Assembly: GCA_964554945.1 (NCBI GenBank)
Contig: CAZKQQ010000008.1
Location: forward strand, 2,827-66,826
DNA from: an uncultured Solibacteraceae bacterium
GTDB taxonomy: Bacteria > Acidobacteriota > Terriglobia > Bryobacterales > Bryobacteraceae
Direction: 5' to 3'
Length of the DNA: 64,000 nt
Shown here in pieces: positions 1 through 9,485 of the stretch (its first letter is position 1; each line of letters starts with the position of its first letter). Under the pieces are notes generated by a model. That model had not been told where the DNA came from and did no database searches. It was given only the letters and a program-made list of their open reading frames with translations. The translations under genes were made by a program, and so were the position numbers.

Positions 1-1890
1 GAAGCGTCCGCGCTTGAGGGGTATTCCCATGGTGGCAAAGAACTCCGGAGTGACACCGCGCTCATTGGCATGGGGAGAAACCTCGCCCGGTTTGAGGACG
101 CGGCCCACGATCTCAAAGTTCCCAGCATTATTGCCGCCCACGAACGGAGCGGCCGATGTCAACGCAGCGTAGGTGATACCCGGAGTAGCGCGCAAGCGGT
201 CGAGCAAGCTGCGATAGAAGACTTTGCGCTCCGTGCCGCCGCGTGGATACGACTGAATGGGAAGCGAAAACGTAGCGGTCATTACGTGACTTGGATCAAA
301 ACCCGGATTTACTTCCTGAAGCCGCGTGAAGCTGCGGAGAAAGAGTCCGCTGGTGATCAACAGAACGAGCGCCAAGGCAGTCTCCGCCACGACCAAGAGT
401 GATCGGGTGCGCTGCCGTCCACTGCCGGCGGTCGTCGCACGGCCTTCGCCGCTCAGCGCGCCCTTCGTCCCAAGCCGGAAAACCTGCCATGCCGGAATCA
501 CCCCGAACAAGAATGCAGATAACACCGCTACACCAGCGCAGAACAAAAAGATTCTCAGATCAAGACGGGGTTCGAGACCGGTGATGACGTTTTCGGGCGT
601 GACGGAGAGCAGGAGCTGCATCCCGCCCAAAGCTACAGCTATACCGGCACATCCTCCCAACGCGGCCAGCAGCAAACTCTCTGCGAGCACCCCGCGCAGT
701 AGTTGCCGTGCATTGGCCCCCAGGGCTGCGCGGACAGCGAATTCACGCGCACGCGAAGAGGCACGGGCCACTAGGAGTCCCGCGATATTTGTACACGCGA
801 TCAGCAGTATCAGGCCCACCGCTGCGAGCAGCGCGAGAAGTGATGCCTTGTTGTCGCCCGCTGCTGCATCGATGAACGGAATCGCAATGATACTCCAATT
901 TGACTCATTCGCGATTTTCGCGGTCTCCGGATTCTCACGAACCCGGTTAGTGAGCACCTTCATGTACTCTGTCGCTTGTAGGACGGTGATATCGTCCCGG
1001 ATCCTCGCGTAAACTTCGGAGCTTTCGTTGAATCGCTGCTGTTCGGTAAGATCGGCCGGCGCCAGCCCCCTGGGCGACCACAGATCCACCTCCGGCACCC
1101 GGAAGCCTGGTGCCATGACACCGATCACCTCAACCCTGGTTTGATTGAGCTCAATCGAGCGCCCAAGTATGCCAGGATCACCGCCGAACCATTGCTTCCA
1201 CGCCGCGAACGAAAGCACCACTACACGATTCGTGTTTGGTTGGTCTTCTTCAACCGAGAATACGCGACCCATGTACGGTTTGGCGCCGAACACGTCGAAC
1301 CACTCCGAGGACACAGCGGCGCCTCGTAGCCTCTGTGGCGTCAATCCCCCCGTATAATTCACGTCGGCACCGCTGACAAGCGCCACACGTTCGAAGATGT
1401 GACGGCTATTGCGCATATCGGCGAAGGTCATGAAAGATCCGCCTAAGAATTCAACATTTACTTTGCGATATGCGGTCTTTACCGTGATCACTCGTTCTGG
1501 GTTCTTGATCCCTGAAGGGCGGAGCAGAACTTGGTCTACCAGACTGAAAACCGTGGTATTCACGCCGATTCCCACTGCTAGCGTGAGGATCACCACGAGG
1601 GTGAATCCGGGGTCCTTGCGCAAGCTGCGCAGCGCGTATCGGAAATCGGCAGACAGGGCGTCGAGCAAAGGTAGTCCGCGTTGATCGCGAATGCCGTCTT
1701 TAGCGGATTCCACTCCACCGAACTTCAATCTCGCCGCCCGGCGAGCTTCCGTTTCACTCATACCCAGGCGCAGATTGTCCTCGATCTGCATCTCAAGATG
1801 AGAGGAGATTTCTTCGGCCAGTTCACTCTCCGCGCTGCGACTCGACAGCGACCCCAGCAACCGTCTCCAGCCACGCCGTAGCTGTTTCAT
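1..1890 (-). CDS. ADOP-type (MacB/FtsX-like) ABC transporter permease, partial; 3' end lies outside the window
   Basis: Hand translation of the minus strand from ATG at 1890 gives MKQLRRGWRRLLGSLSSRSAESELAEEISSHLEMQIEDNLRLGMSETEARRAARLKFGG...DFRYALRSLRKDPGFTLVVILTLAVGIGVNTTVFSLVD. This is the typical N-terminus of acidobacterial duplicated-orphan permeases. The frame stays open to position 1, which explains its absence from the ORF track. Its ATG overlaps the PadR stop codon (ATGA). Confidence 0.85.
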   Translation of the reverse strand, partial: MKQLRRGWRRLLGSLSSRSAESELAEEISSHLEMQIEDNLRLGMSETEARRAARLKFGGVESAKDGIRDQRGLPLLDALSADFRYALRSLRKDPGFTLVVILTLAVGIGVNTTVFSLVDQVLLRPSGIKNPERVITVKTAYRKVNVEFLGGSFMTFADMRNSRHIFERVALVSGADVNYTGGLTPQRLRGAAVSSEWFDVFGAKPYMGRVFSVEEDQPNTNRVVVLSFAAWKQWFGGDPGILGRSIELNQTRVEVIGVMAPGFRVPEVDLWSPRGLAPADLTEQQRFNESSEVYARIRDDITVLQATEYMKVLTNRVRENPETAKIANESNWSIIAIPFIDAAAGDNKASLLALLAAVGLILLIACTNIAGLLVARASSRAREFAVRAALGANARQLLRGVLAESLLLAALGGCAGIAVALGGMQLLLSVTPENVITGLEPRLDLRIFLFCAGVAVLSAFLFGVIPAWQVFRLGTKGALSGEGRATTAGSGRQRTRSLLVVAETALALVLLITSGLFLRSFTRLQEVNPGFDPSHVMTATFSLPIQSYPRGGTERKVFYRSLLDRLRATPGITYAALTSAAPFVGGNNAGNFEIVGRVLKPGEVSPHANERGVTPEFFATMGIPLKRGRF

Positions 1891-2231
1891 GCGCCCTCCT
1901 TGGCAATGCGTGAGAAACGGGCGAGAATGTCATTGGCCTGCTGCCAGTCGCGTTCTTCTGCGGCGAGGTCCTTTTTGCCGGAGCGCGTGATGCTGTAGAA
2001 CTTCGCTTTGCGATTGTTTTCGGAGAAGCCCCATTCGGAGGCAATGGAGCCCTCTTGCTCGAGTTTGAGAAGCACGGGATAAAGCGTGCCATGATTGATC
2101 GACAGCAGGTCGCCGCTGGTCTGCTCGATTCGCCGCGCGATGCCATAACCGTGTAGTGGACCAAGCGCCTCAAGCGTCTTCAGAACCATCAGGGAGAGTG
2201 TGCCTTGCCAAACGTCGGCTTTGCGAGTCAT
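1887..2231 (-). CDS. PadR family transcriptional regulator
   Basis: MTRKADVWQGTLSLMVLKTLEALGPLHGYGIARRIEQTSGDLLSINHGTLYPVLLKLEQEGSIASEWG is a canonical PadR winged helix. Start moved to the internal ATG at 2231. Translationally coupled to the downstream permease. Confidence 0.9.
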   Translation of the reverse strand: MTRKADVWQGTLSLMVLKTLEALGPLHGYGIARRIEQTSGDLLSINHGTLYPVLLKLEQEGSIASEWGFSENNRKAKFYSITRSGKKDLAAEERDWQQANDILARFSRIAKEGA

Positions 2232-2238
2232 GTGGGTT

Positions 2239-2271
2239 CCCCACAGAGAGCTTATCATGCGTGCTGTGGGG
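2239..2271. promoter_or_regulatory. 8-bp inverted repeat CCCCACAG-N17-CTGTGGGG just upstream of the PadR start codon
   Basis: Read directly: ccccacag at 2239-2246 and ctgtgggg at 2264-2271. It sits 8 nt from the PadR ATG, so it is a candidate operator or 5' UTR hairpin. Confidence 0.35.
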
Positions 2272-2748
2272 AAACAATAGGACGCTGTATGTCGTCGGAA
2301 TCGATTCGCGGGTCTCTCCCGACGCCAGTAAGCCGAGCAGCCGGGATACCGGAAAGCGCAGGTCACGGAGGCACGGCTTCCCAGTCGCAACAGTTGGATT
2401 CACGGTGTTCGTTCGAACTGCGTCATAACGGCCCTGAAATCATCGTAACGGAGTCTTGCGGGCCGGAGACTTTTTTCAGTCACAAGCCCAATTAACTTTT
2501 CCCTTCCCAATGAAACCCCGCCACTTACCCCCAATCCCGCCCTCTTCCGCACCCCGTCCCGCCGGCACCCCGGAGAGACAATGAGGACGTGAGAAGCTCC
2601 CTGCGATCCCAAACAACCCGGCCGGACGGCCCCGCTCTCATGAGGACCGCACCAGTTCGTTTTGTACAAATCGTAGACTTCTCTCTAACGTCTTTAATCC
2701 CAACAAACCGTACCCCGAATTCCGAAACGTACGGCTCGAAAACGCGCC

Positions 2749-3360
2749 ATGGACACGCAAAAACACATCGATCTCGGTTCCTGGGTCGGCCTCCAGCAGG
2801 CCTTCGCCATCCTCGCCGGCAATTGCTCCGCCGCCCGCGCTCAATGCCTCAAACAGGTTCGCGATTCCAAGATGCTCGATGACCTCGGCTTCACCTGGGA
2901 GGAATTCTGCAAAGACTACGCCGGCATCAGCCGTCCCCACGCCGATAGCCTCATCCGCCAGCACGCCGAGTTCGGCGACGCCTACTTCCGCCTCTCCGAA
3001 ATCGCCCGCGTCTCGCCCCGCACCTACCGCCAGATTGCCGCCCACGTCGACGGCGAAACCATCGAGATCGATGGCGAGAAACTCGCCCTCACCCCCGCCA
3101 ATGCCGGCCGGATTCGCGCCGCCATTCAATCCTTGCGCGGCCGGACGCGGTCTGCGGCGCCCGCCGTCCGGCCTCCGGCCGATTTGATCGAGCTGCAACT
3201 CCGCGCCGACGCCCTCGCCGCCGACATCGCCAAATCCATTCGCGCGCTCAACCCGCTGGAAAGCCGCAATCCCCATCGCGGTCTCATCACCTACGTCACC
3301 AACAAAATGCGCACCCTCGCCCGGCAGTTCGACGCCGAACCCAATCCCGCGCCCCAATGA
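2749..3360 (+). CDS. hypothetical protein (203 aa)
   Basis: ATG-started ORF with normal amino acid composition. The antisense ORF 2638..3357 is G/A/E-rich junk typical of a shadow frame. I do not recognise a family with confidence. Confidence 0.6.
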   Translation: MDTQKHIDLGSWVGLQQAFAILAGNCSAARAQCLKQVRDSKMLDDLGFTWEEFCKDYAGISRPHADSLIRQHAEFGDAYFRLSEIARVSPRTYRQIAAHVDGETIEIDGEKLALTPANAGRIRAAIQSLRGRTRSAAPAVRPPADLIELQLRADALAADIAKSIRALNPLESRNPHRGLITYVTNKMRTLARQFDAEPNPAPQ

Positions 3361-3433
3361 TCTCGCGATTTTCCGTCTGTTTCGCCCGGGTTTCGCGATC
3401 GCGCCCGCGCGTCGTTTTCCGATTCTCCAACGC

Positions 3434-4207
3434 TTACGGACACTTCGGCGCGACGCGGCTCACCGTCGTCACGTTGATGCCGTCCGCGCCGCCGGCGCCG
3501 ATCAGCAGACCGCTCACCGCGACGCGCGAACCGGCCAGCGCATCCAGCTTGGTCACCACGAACTTCAGCGCCATCGTGCGGCTGCCGAGGGGCCGCGTCG
3601 CGTCGTCCCCGCCGGGAGTCACGCGTTCCGCGCGTTCGGGCGCGGTCGCGTTCGTCACCACCCAGTCCGCTCCGCTCCGCCCCAGACAGCCGACCACGCG
3701 GGCGAGTGCGTCGGCTGGGAGCTCCGCGCTTCCGTCCTTCGGGATAATCTGCACGCCGCTAATGGTGTTCCGCGCCAGCTCGGTGGTCCCCGCCGGAAAA
3801 CCGTTGGTTTTCAGGATGAGCGCCACCAGATCCGCATACGTGGACTCGGCGAGCGAACCGGGCGTCCCGTTCGGCATGTTGGCGCTGACGAACTCGAGCA
3901 GGTCGCCCACCGTCTTCTGCGCGAAACTCTTCCAGAATGCATCGCCCGCCAGCGGCGCCTTCCCTTGTGCCGCGAGCGCATGACAGCCTGCGCAGTTTGG
4001 CCCGTAGGCCATTTGGCCGCGGGCGGCTTGCGCCTCCGTATACACGCCGTCCCAGACCGTCCGGCGCGGCGTGCTGGTCTGAGCGGTCCCGAGCCCGGCC
4101 GTGGCCAGTGCGAGGATCAAGAGGCCGGCCCGCGACAAGACCGGCGCCGAACCATACAGTCCGCCGCCTCCGCACCGCTGCCTGGGCCTGACCGGGATGT
4201 TCCGCAT
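3434..4207 (-). CDS. exported c-type cytochrome domain protein
   Basis: Heme-binding CAGCH motif in YGPNCAGCHALAAQG. Signal-like segment LLILALATAGLGTAQ follows the internal ATG at 4207 (MRNIPVRP...). Confidence 0.75.
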   Translation of the reverse strand: MRNIPVRPRQRCGGGGLYGSAPVLSRAGLLILALATAGLGTAQTSTPRRTVWDGVYTEAQAARGQMAYGPNCAGCHALAAQGKAPLAGDAFWKSFAQKTVGDLLEFVSANMPNGTPGSLAESTYADLVALILKTNGFPAGTTELARNTISGVQIIPKDGSAELPADALARVVGCLGRSGADWVVTNATAPERAERVTPGGDDATRPLGSRTMALKFVVTKLDALAGSRVAVSGLLIGAGGADGINVTTVSRVAPKCP

Positions 4208-4295
4208 TTCGTGATCGTGCCAGCTAACCCGAGCTATGTCAAGCCGCAAAGCGGGTGATTCACGGGTGCGATAGCACGGCGAATGGCCCCTGCTA

Positions 4296-6179
4296 TCAGG
4301 CCGCAGTGACCGCCGCCAGAACGTCCAGGCGGCCGTAGCCGTACCACTGGCTGAAGCCATTCACCCACTGTCCATCGGCGTCCTTGTTTCCTGCATCAAT
4401 TTGGTACGCGGTCTGCCTGAGCTTATCCCGGAGCTGAGCCCAAGTCAGACTTGGGTTCTTGGAGAGCATCAGCGCCGCGGCGGCCGCCACAATGGGGGCC
4501 GCCGCCGAGGTGAACTGGAACGCTTGCGTGTCCCCGTTGAGGTCCAGCGACCAGGTATTTTGTCCCAGCGCGCAAACGTCGATTTCGGGGCCCCAGTTGG
4601 AGGGACCCGCCTCCCGCCAGAAGTGCTCGCCTGTTTCATCCTTCACGGCGTTCGACACTGCGATGGTTTTCGGATGGGCGGCCCAAACCCGGAAGCCCGT
4701 GATCGCAAAGCCTCTGTTTCCTGCGGAATAAACCACCAGGGCTCCCAGGCCTCCGCGCCCCTGACCGGCCAATTGATTGAGAGTTGCGTCCATCACGGAC
4801 GATAGCGCCAAACCGTCCACACCGTGAGAGCAGTTGATGATGTCGGCAGGAGGCGACGGTTGTGCCGGCCAACCCGGCAGGGGATTCGTGGATAGCCCAG
4901 CCGCCCAAAGCAACACCTCCGGGTACAGCGCCGATTGCAGATCCGGCATTCGTATCGCAATCTGATGCGTGTTCGGGGCGATTCCTGAAATGCCCTTCCG
5001 GTTGTTAGTCACGGCGGCAATGATTCCATAAACGCCCATGCCGTGGTTACTGCTGGGTTGGTAGCCCGGAGAGGTACAGGGTTGGTTGGTGACGAAGTCG
5101 TAGCTCGAGGCAATTTGGGCAGTCCCGTCGCCAAGATTTCCGCCAATGTCGGGATGGGTCGGGTCAATGCCTTGATCTACGCTGGCGACATAGACCGCGG
5201 GACTTCCCAGAGTCAGGTCTGGATGGAGATCGTTCAAATACACCCAGGTTTCCGGCACCTGGTGGACGGCCAGAGACTCTTGCTTTTTGAATTGAGGGTC
5301 GTGGGCAACGGGCGGAAAGGCGTCATTGGAAATCTCGGCTAGTAAATCCGGCTCGGCCCAGAGCACCACACCGTCGTCAATCCACTTCTCCACGATCCCG
5401 AGGTGATCGCGAAATGTGCCTTCCAGGAAGTCGATGATCCATGTCCGCGGGGCGGCGCTCGATCCTCTCACTACTGCCGCCTGAGCGGCTTTGATGGCCT
5501 CCAGCCCCCGTGATTCTTGATCCGGAGGAAACTGGATCACGAAACGGCGATCGAGGACTTTCAGCTGGCCCGGCACGAGGTCCACCGGCATCCCGACCCG
5601 CGCATCGTACGCGGACAGGAACTCCCTGATTTTGTCGAACACGGAATCCGAAGTTGGTCCCGGAGAATATCGGAGCAGCCACATTGCTCCGCGAGCCGCA
5701 AGGAACGAGGAGGGCTGCCGGGCGTTCTCGAACGTGCTCAGTCCCGGAACCGCCGCAATCAGTCTTGCGAGCAGAACAGGGATCTCCGCGTCCACAGGCC
5801 GCCGGGTTTCAAAGCACACCACAATCACATCCTCGTGCGGCTCAAATGGGATTCGATTCCCCCCGTACGGATAAAAGGGCCAATCTGCCTTACCCAGGTA
5901 CTCCGACAGATTCTTCCCCTCTTGCGGAATGTTTACGACCCGAACTGGCGCTATCAGTCCGAGGACCGGAATCGCGGCGGTCAATTCCCAGTCTCCTGGC
6001 TCGACGGCGCCCCGGTACACATTCCCCTCGCCGGTTCGATATAGGGGAGTGCAGCTGTCCCCTCGCCTCAACTGGATATCCGCAATTTCAATTGTTGGCC
6101 GCCATTCGGGGATGTTTACCGAAACAGCAACCTTAGCCAGGTACTGCCCAGGCGACGAATCATGTGAACTGGACTGCAT
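4296..6179 (-). CDS. S8 family (subtilisin-like) serine peptidase with a ~330-aa N-terminal region and no signal peptide
   Basis: Catalytic-triad contexts: VASVDQGIDPTHPDI (Asp), SSNHGMGVYGIIAAV (His), VVYSAGNRG (oxyanion Asn), FQFTSAAAPIVAAAAALML (Ser). Start chosen at ATG 6179, preceded by GGAGGAAAGG on the minus strand. The track start at 6227 is a GTG. Confidence 0.85.
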   Translation of the reverse strand: MQSSSHDSSPGQYLAKVAVSVNIPEWRPTIEIADIQLRRGDSCTPLYRTGEGNVYRGAVEPGDWELTAAIPVLGLIAPVRVVNIPQEGKNLSEYLGKADWPFYPYGGNRIPFEPHEDVIVVCFETRRPVDAEIPVLLARLIAAVPGLSTFENARQPSSFLAARGAMWLLRYSPGPTSDSVFDKIREFLSAYDARVGMPVDLVPGQLKVLDRRFVIQFPPDQESRGLEAIKAAQAAVVRGSSAAPRTWIIDFLEGTFRDHLGIVEKWIDDGVVLWAEPDLLAEISNDAFPPVAHDPQFKKQESLAVHQVPETWVYLNDLHPDLTLGSPAVYVASVDQGIDPTHPDIGGNLGDGTAQIASSYDFVTNQPCTSPGYQPSSNHGMGVYGIIAAVTNNRKGISGIAPNTHQIAIRMPDLQSALYPEVLLWAAGLSTNPLPGWPAQPSPPADIINCSHGVDGLALSSVMDATLNQLAGQGRGGLGALVVYSAGNRGFAITGFRVWAAHPKTIAVSNAVKDETGEHFWREAGPSNWGPEIDVCALGQNTWSLDLNGDTQAFQFTSAAAPIVAAAAALMLSKNPSLTWAQLRDKLRQTAYQIDAGNKDADGQWVNGFSQWYGYGRLDVLAAVTAA

Positions 6180-6223
6180 ACTCGCCTTTCCTCCAATCGG
6201 ATGCGCCTCCCCCCGGGCACGGA

Positions 6224-6670
6224 TCACGCGTCAATGACAATACCGGCCTCGTGCGTATCTCCCTCATCAAACGTACACGCACCGGCAATAGGAATTTTCT
6301 TTACTGAGATGCTCATATTCCCCGTCTTGGGCGTCGACCAGGCCTTTTTATCGAGTAGGACGTTATACTCCCGGTATCCTCCAGCGCCTGGACCCGCATC
6401 GAGATTGACGGAACAAACGGTGTTGTCGGTGGGGTCGAGGTTAACCGGTGAAAGAAAGGAATCGGAGATCGCACGTGGTGCGGTGCTGCTGTTGTCATCC
6501 TTATCACGGCGGAAACAGACACGGACCTGCGAGGTCACGAAATTGCGGATCTTGAGTTCCCGAAATGCTGCCGGCTGCGATCCGGTTGCAAAATTTGGAT
6601 TGCTGTTTCCCTCCGAGCGAAGAGCCAGCTCCGGGGCGTTATCGTGAATTTCAATCACCGCTTTATTCAT
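6224..6670 (-). CDS. hypothetical small protein (148 aa), likely co-transcribed with the S8 peptidase
   Basis: ATG at 6670 is preceded by AAGGAG at about 7 nt spacing on the minus strand. No signal peptide. Composition looks beta-rich (MNKAVIEIHDNAPELALRSEGNSNPNF...). Its stop is 44 nt upstream of the peptidase ATG. Confidence 0.6.
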   Translation of the reverse strand: MNKAVIEIHDNAPELALRSEGNSNPNFATGSQPAAFRELKIRNFVTSQVRVCFRRDKDDNSSTAPRAISDSFLSPVNLDPTDNTVCSVNLDAGPGAGGYREYNVLLDKKAWSTPKTGNMSISVKKIPIAGACTFDEGDTHEAGIVIDA

Positions 6671-6719
6671 TGTCGTTCTCCTTCTTTCCATGCTGTTTCT
6701 TGGGCCGGCCTCGCTACTT

Positions 6720-9485
6720 CTATTTGCGGGTCAATTTCTGAATCTCGGGATCCTTGAGCAACTCATCGAATCCTGGCGCCCGCTCCAAGACCTGACGCGG
6801 GTAATTGTGCTCCAGAGCCTTGCGCAGCCAGAAAACTGCCTGGTTGTGATAGCCGAGGAATTCGTATGTTTCCGCGGCGTTCACCAGCACGTCGGGATCG
6901 TCGGGCGCGAGCGCCAAGGCCGAACTTAAGAGCTTGAGCGGCTCCGAACGGTCTCCCCCATAGGCGCTGTAATTGGCAAGCTGAGAAAGAATAGTCGGGT
7001 TGCTCGGACTGGCTTTGAGGGCGCTTCCCGCGAGTGTTGCGGCCTGACGGTAAGCGTCCATCGCCTTGTCGCGTTGGCCTGGCGTACGGTAATAGCAGGC
7101 TGCCAGGTTTGCCCAAACGGTGTAGCTGCGGCGATTGAATTCAAGCGCGTGCTCATAAGCTTGCGCGGATTCCGGGAAAGAGCGCATGGCCAGCAGCACG
7201 CCTCCCAAGTTGCTCCAACCGGCCAAGGTCGGCGCGATGCTCACCGATTTCTCGAGGGCCTTCTTCGCCGCGCCCAGATCACCCATGCGCAACAGGGCCT
7301 CGCCTAAATTACTGTATCCGGCGCTGTTGAGAGGCGTAAGTTCGACCACTTTTTGGAACTGTTCCACAGCCTCCCGATACCGGCTCTGACGGTGATAGAA
7401 AGCGCCCAACCGGTTGTAGACAGCCCAGTAGCCGGGGCGGGCACGAATCGCCGTTTTATAGGTGGCTTCCGCCTGCTCCTTCAGGCCCATGCCTTCGAAG
7501 GCCCGGCCGATACCACGGTACGCTTCGGCCGGGGACGCGCCCAAGAGTCGCGCCTGTTCGAAATCCTCCACAGCTCCTTTGTAGTTACCTTGGATGTTGC
7601 GGATGGCCCCACGGCTCAGATAAGCCTCCGGAAGCCTCCTGGCTTGTAGCGCCTGGTCGACCATCGCACTCGCCTTAGCGATCCACTGGGAATCTTTTGA
7701 GACGTCGTAATGAATGCGGTAGGCGAGGCTCAGTCCAACCAGGAGCAAAGGATCGGAGCCAGCCTTCAAAGCATTCTCAAATTCAGCCGTGGCCGCTTCG
7801 AGATTGCCGGGTCTGTCGAAACGCTCGAGATAACCGGACCCGCGCAGCCAACTCCCGAGAGCCGCGCCAGGAGCTTCGGTCTGGTTGTCGGCGGCGGCAG
7901 GAAGGCCTACCATCCGAGCGGCTTCGGCGGCAACCTTAAGATACAAGGCTGGCAGGTGATCTTCGGTATCTTCCACCAGAACCGATGCGGCAGGCTGCTG
8001 CCGCAATGCGTCTACCAGGGTCAGCGACAAACGGATGTGTCCACCATCCTCCAGCATTTGCCCGGTCAGCACGCGCCGGACGGAGAAAGCCTTCGAGGCC
8101 CCCGCTACATCCGTGACCCGTTGCGCTTGAACATCCGCCGACGGCACCACCAGGAAATCGTGGTTGGCTGATTCATACCGGCTGAGGGAGTCAGTGACGG
8201 CCTGTCCCAAGCCACTCGCCAGCGCCCGTTGGGCCGGGTCGATCGCCGAGGTTTGAAATGGAACGACAGCGACATAGTTTTTGGGCCTGGATACATGCCG
8301 AAAAACATTCTGGTGGCCCGCCAGCCACGTCGCAGCCAGGGCGGCAACTGCCATCCCGGCAGCGAAGCCGGCTATTTTCAACGGAAAACGATGAGTTCTC
8401 TTCTGACCAGGCGTAGCTGTCCCGAGCCCGGGGAGTGTCAGAGTGGCCGGTTCTTGCTGCTCGATGGCGCCGGCTTCTATGCTCGCTTCGATGACCTCCA
8501 GATCGCGGATCAATTCATCCGTACTTTGATAACGGTTCTTGCTTTGTTTGGCGAGCGCTTTTTGCACCACTGCCTGGATTGGCGAAGCGATTCCGCGCAT
8601 CGGTGGAACGGGATTATTGACAATCGCGAACAACACTTTCTGTTGGTTCTCGTAGCGGAACGGCCCATACCCCATCAACATCTCGAACAAAACGACACCC
8701 AAGGCCCAGATATCAGAGCGATGGTCGGTCAGCTCCCCTGTGGCCTGCTCCGGAGACATGTAGGACATAGTCCCGATACGCATTCCGGTTTCTGTCAGAC
8801 GGGTGTCGGTCTCCACCTGGGCTACGCCGAAATCGATGATCTTCACTGCTCCCTGGGTGGTGAGAATCGCGTTGGAGGGTTTCAGATCGCGATGCACCAC
8901 GCCCGCCGCGTGCGCGGCGGCCAATCCGCGGGCGATCTGCAGTGCCAGATTGACGGCGTCGCGCACTGGCAGGGGCCCTTTGCGTATCCTCTGCCGAAGC
9001 GTTTCCCCTTCGTAGCACGGCATGACAATGAAAAGCCGGCCCGCGGTTTCTTCTATTGCGTGCACCACGGCGATGTTGGGGTGGTCCAGCGCTGAAACAG
9101 CGGTGGCTTCGCGAAAGAACCGCGCGCGTTCCATGCTCCCGGCGTTGAGGTGAGGCGGTAGTAACTTCAGTGCGACGTGGCGTTTTAGATTTTTGTCCCA
9201 GGCCCGATAGACCTTGGCCTGGCCTCCTTCACCCAGGACGCCGACGATCTCATAGTGCAGGATGCTGGTGGGATCGGGCGGTGGCGCGAAAAGAGGTTCC
9301 AGCAGGAAGCCGCCCAGACGTTCTTCCTGTTCCACGTACGTCCAAACTTCGGCCAGAAGCTTGGAGTCGCCCGAACATGCTTCTTCAAGATAGGCGCGCC
9401 GCTCGGCCGAGGGGCGCGCCAGCGCCCGCTCGACCAGCGTCATGACCCGTTCGTCATCATCGAGCTTCTGTTCTGCGTGCCCCAC
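6720..9485 (-). CDS. Ser/Thr protein kinase with transmembrane segment, periplasmic region and C-terminal TPR repeats
   Basis: Hanks kinase motifs VVHRDLKPSNAIL, IIDFGVA and SYMSPEQ. TM segment FAAGMAVAALAATWLAG. Repeated TPR-like A/Y/L patterns in the C-terminal half. An alternative start at 9443 (MTLVERAL) would remove the overlap with the upstream sigma remnant. Confidence 0.9.
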   Translation of the reverse strand: MGHAEQKLDDDERVMTLVERALARPSAERRAYLEEACSGDSKLLAEVWTYVEQEERLGGFLLEPLFAPPPDPTSILHYEIVGVLGEGGQAKVYRAWDKNLKRHVALKLLPPHLNAGSMERARFFREATAVSALDHPNIAVVHAIEETAGRLFIVMPCYEGETLRQRIRKGPLPVRDAVNLALQIARGLAAAHAAGVVHRDLKPSNAILTTQGAVKIIDFGVAQVETDTRLTETGMRIGTMSYMSPEQATGELTDHRSDIWALGVVLFEMLMGYGPFRYENQQKVLFAIVNNPVPPMRGIASPIQAVVQKALAKQSKNRYQSTDELIRDLEVIEASIEAGAIEQQEPATLTLPGLGTATPGQKRTHRFPLKIAGFAAGMAVAALAATWLAGHQNVFRHVSRPKNYVAVVPFQTSAIDPAQRALASGLGQAVTDSLSRYESANHDFLVVPSADVQAQRVTDVAGASKAFSVRRVLTGQMLEDGGHIRLSLTLVDALRQQPAASVLVEDTEDHLPALYLKVAAEAARMVGLPAAADNQTEAPGAALGSWLRGSGYLERFDRPGNLEAATAEFENALKAGSDPLLLVGLSLAYRIHYDVSKDSQWIAKASAMVDQALQARRLPEAYLSRGAIRNIQGNYKGAVEDFEQARLLGASPAEAYRGIGRAFEGMGLKEQAEATYKTAIRARPGYWAVYNRLGAFYHRQSRYREAVEQFQKVVELTPLNSAGYSNLGEALLRMGDLGAAKKALEKSVSIAPTLAGWSNLGGVLLAMRSFPESAQAYEHALEFNRRSYTVWANLAACYYRTPGQRDKAMDAYRQAATLAGSALKASPSNPTILSQLANYSAYGGDRSEPLKLLSSALALAPDDPDVLVNAAETYEFLGYHNQAVFWLRKALEHNYPRQVLERAPGFDELLKDPEIQKLTRK

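Noticed and set aside
2452-2476. AGTCT...AGACT hairpin followed by T6, considered as a possible terminator of an unannotated small RNA
   Set aside because: The stem is only 5 bp with a 10-nt loop, and no upstream promoter or conserved structure can be seen from the sequence alone.
2638-3357. 239-aa ORF antisense to the 2749..3360 hypothetical gene
   Set aside because: It has Gly/Ala/Glu/Asp low-complexity composition and no plausible start context. The plus-strand frame looks like a real protein, although neither frame has a recognised family.
2749-4250. GC content that looks higher (about 70% in hand-counted 60-nt samples) than neighbouring genes (about 55-60%), hinting at a foreign segment
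   Set aside because: Hand counts elsewhere in the window, for example around 20160, also reach about 70%. Local variation is therefore large. A proper sliding-window GC, GC3 and codon analysis is needed before making any claim.
6164-6174. Exact GTGAACTGGAC match to the last block of the conserved element. A similar GGAACTGGAC occurs at 12111-12120 and GTGAACTGGA at 4509-4518.
   Set aside because: All three lie inside minus-strand coding sequence, where the complement reads GTC-CAG-TTC, which are preferred codons. None of the upstream blocks of the element is present. I treat these as codon-driven chance matches.
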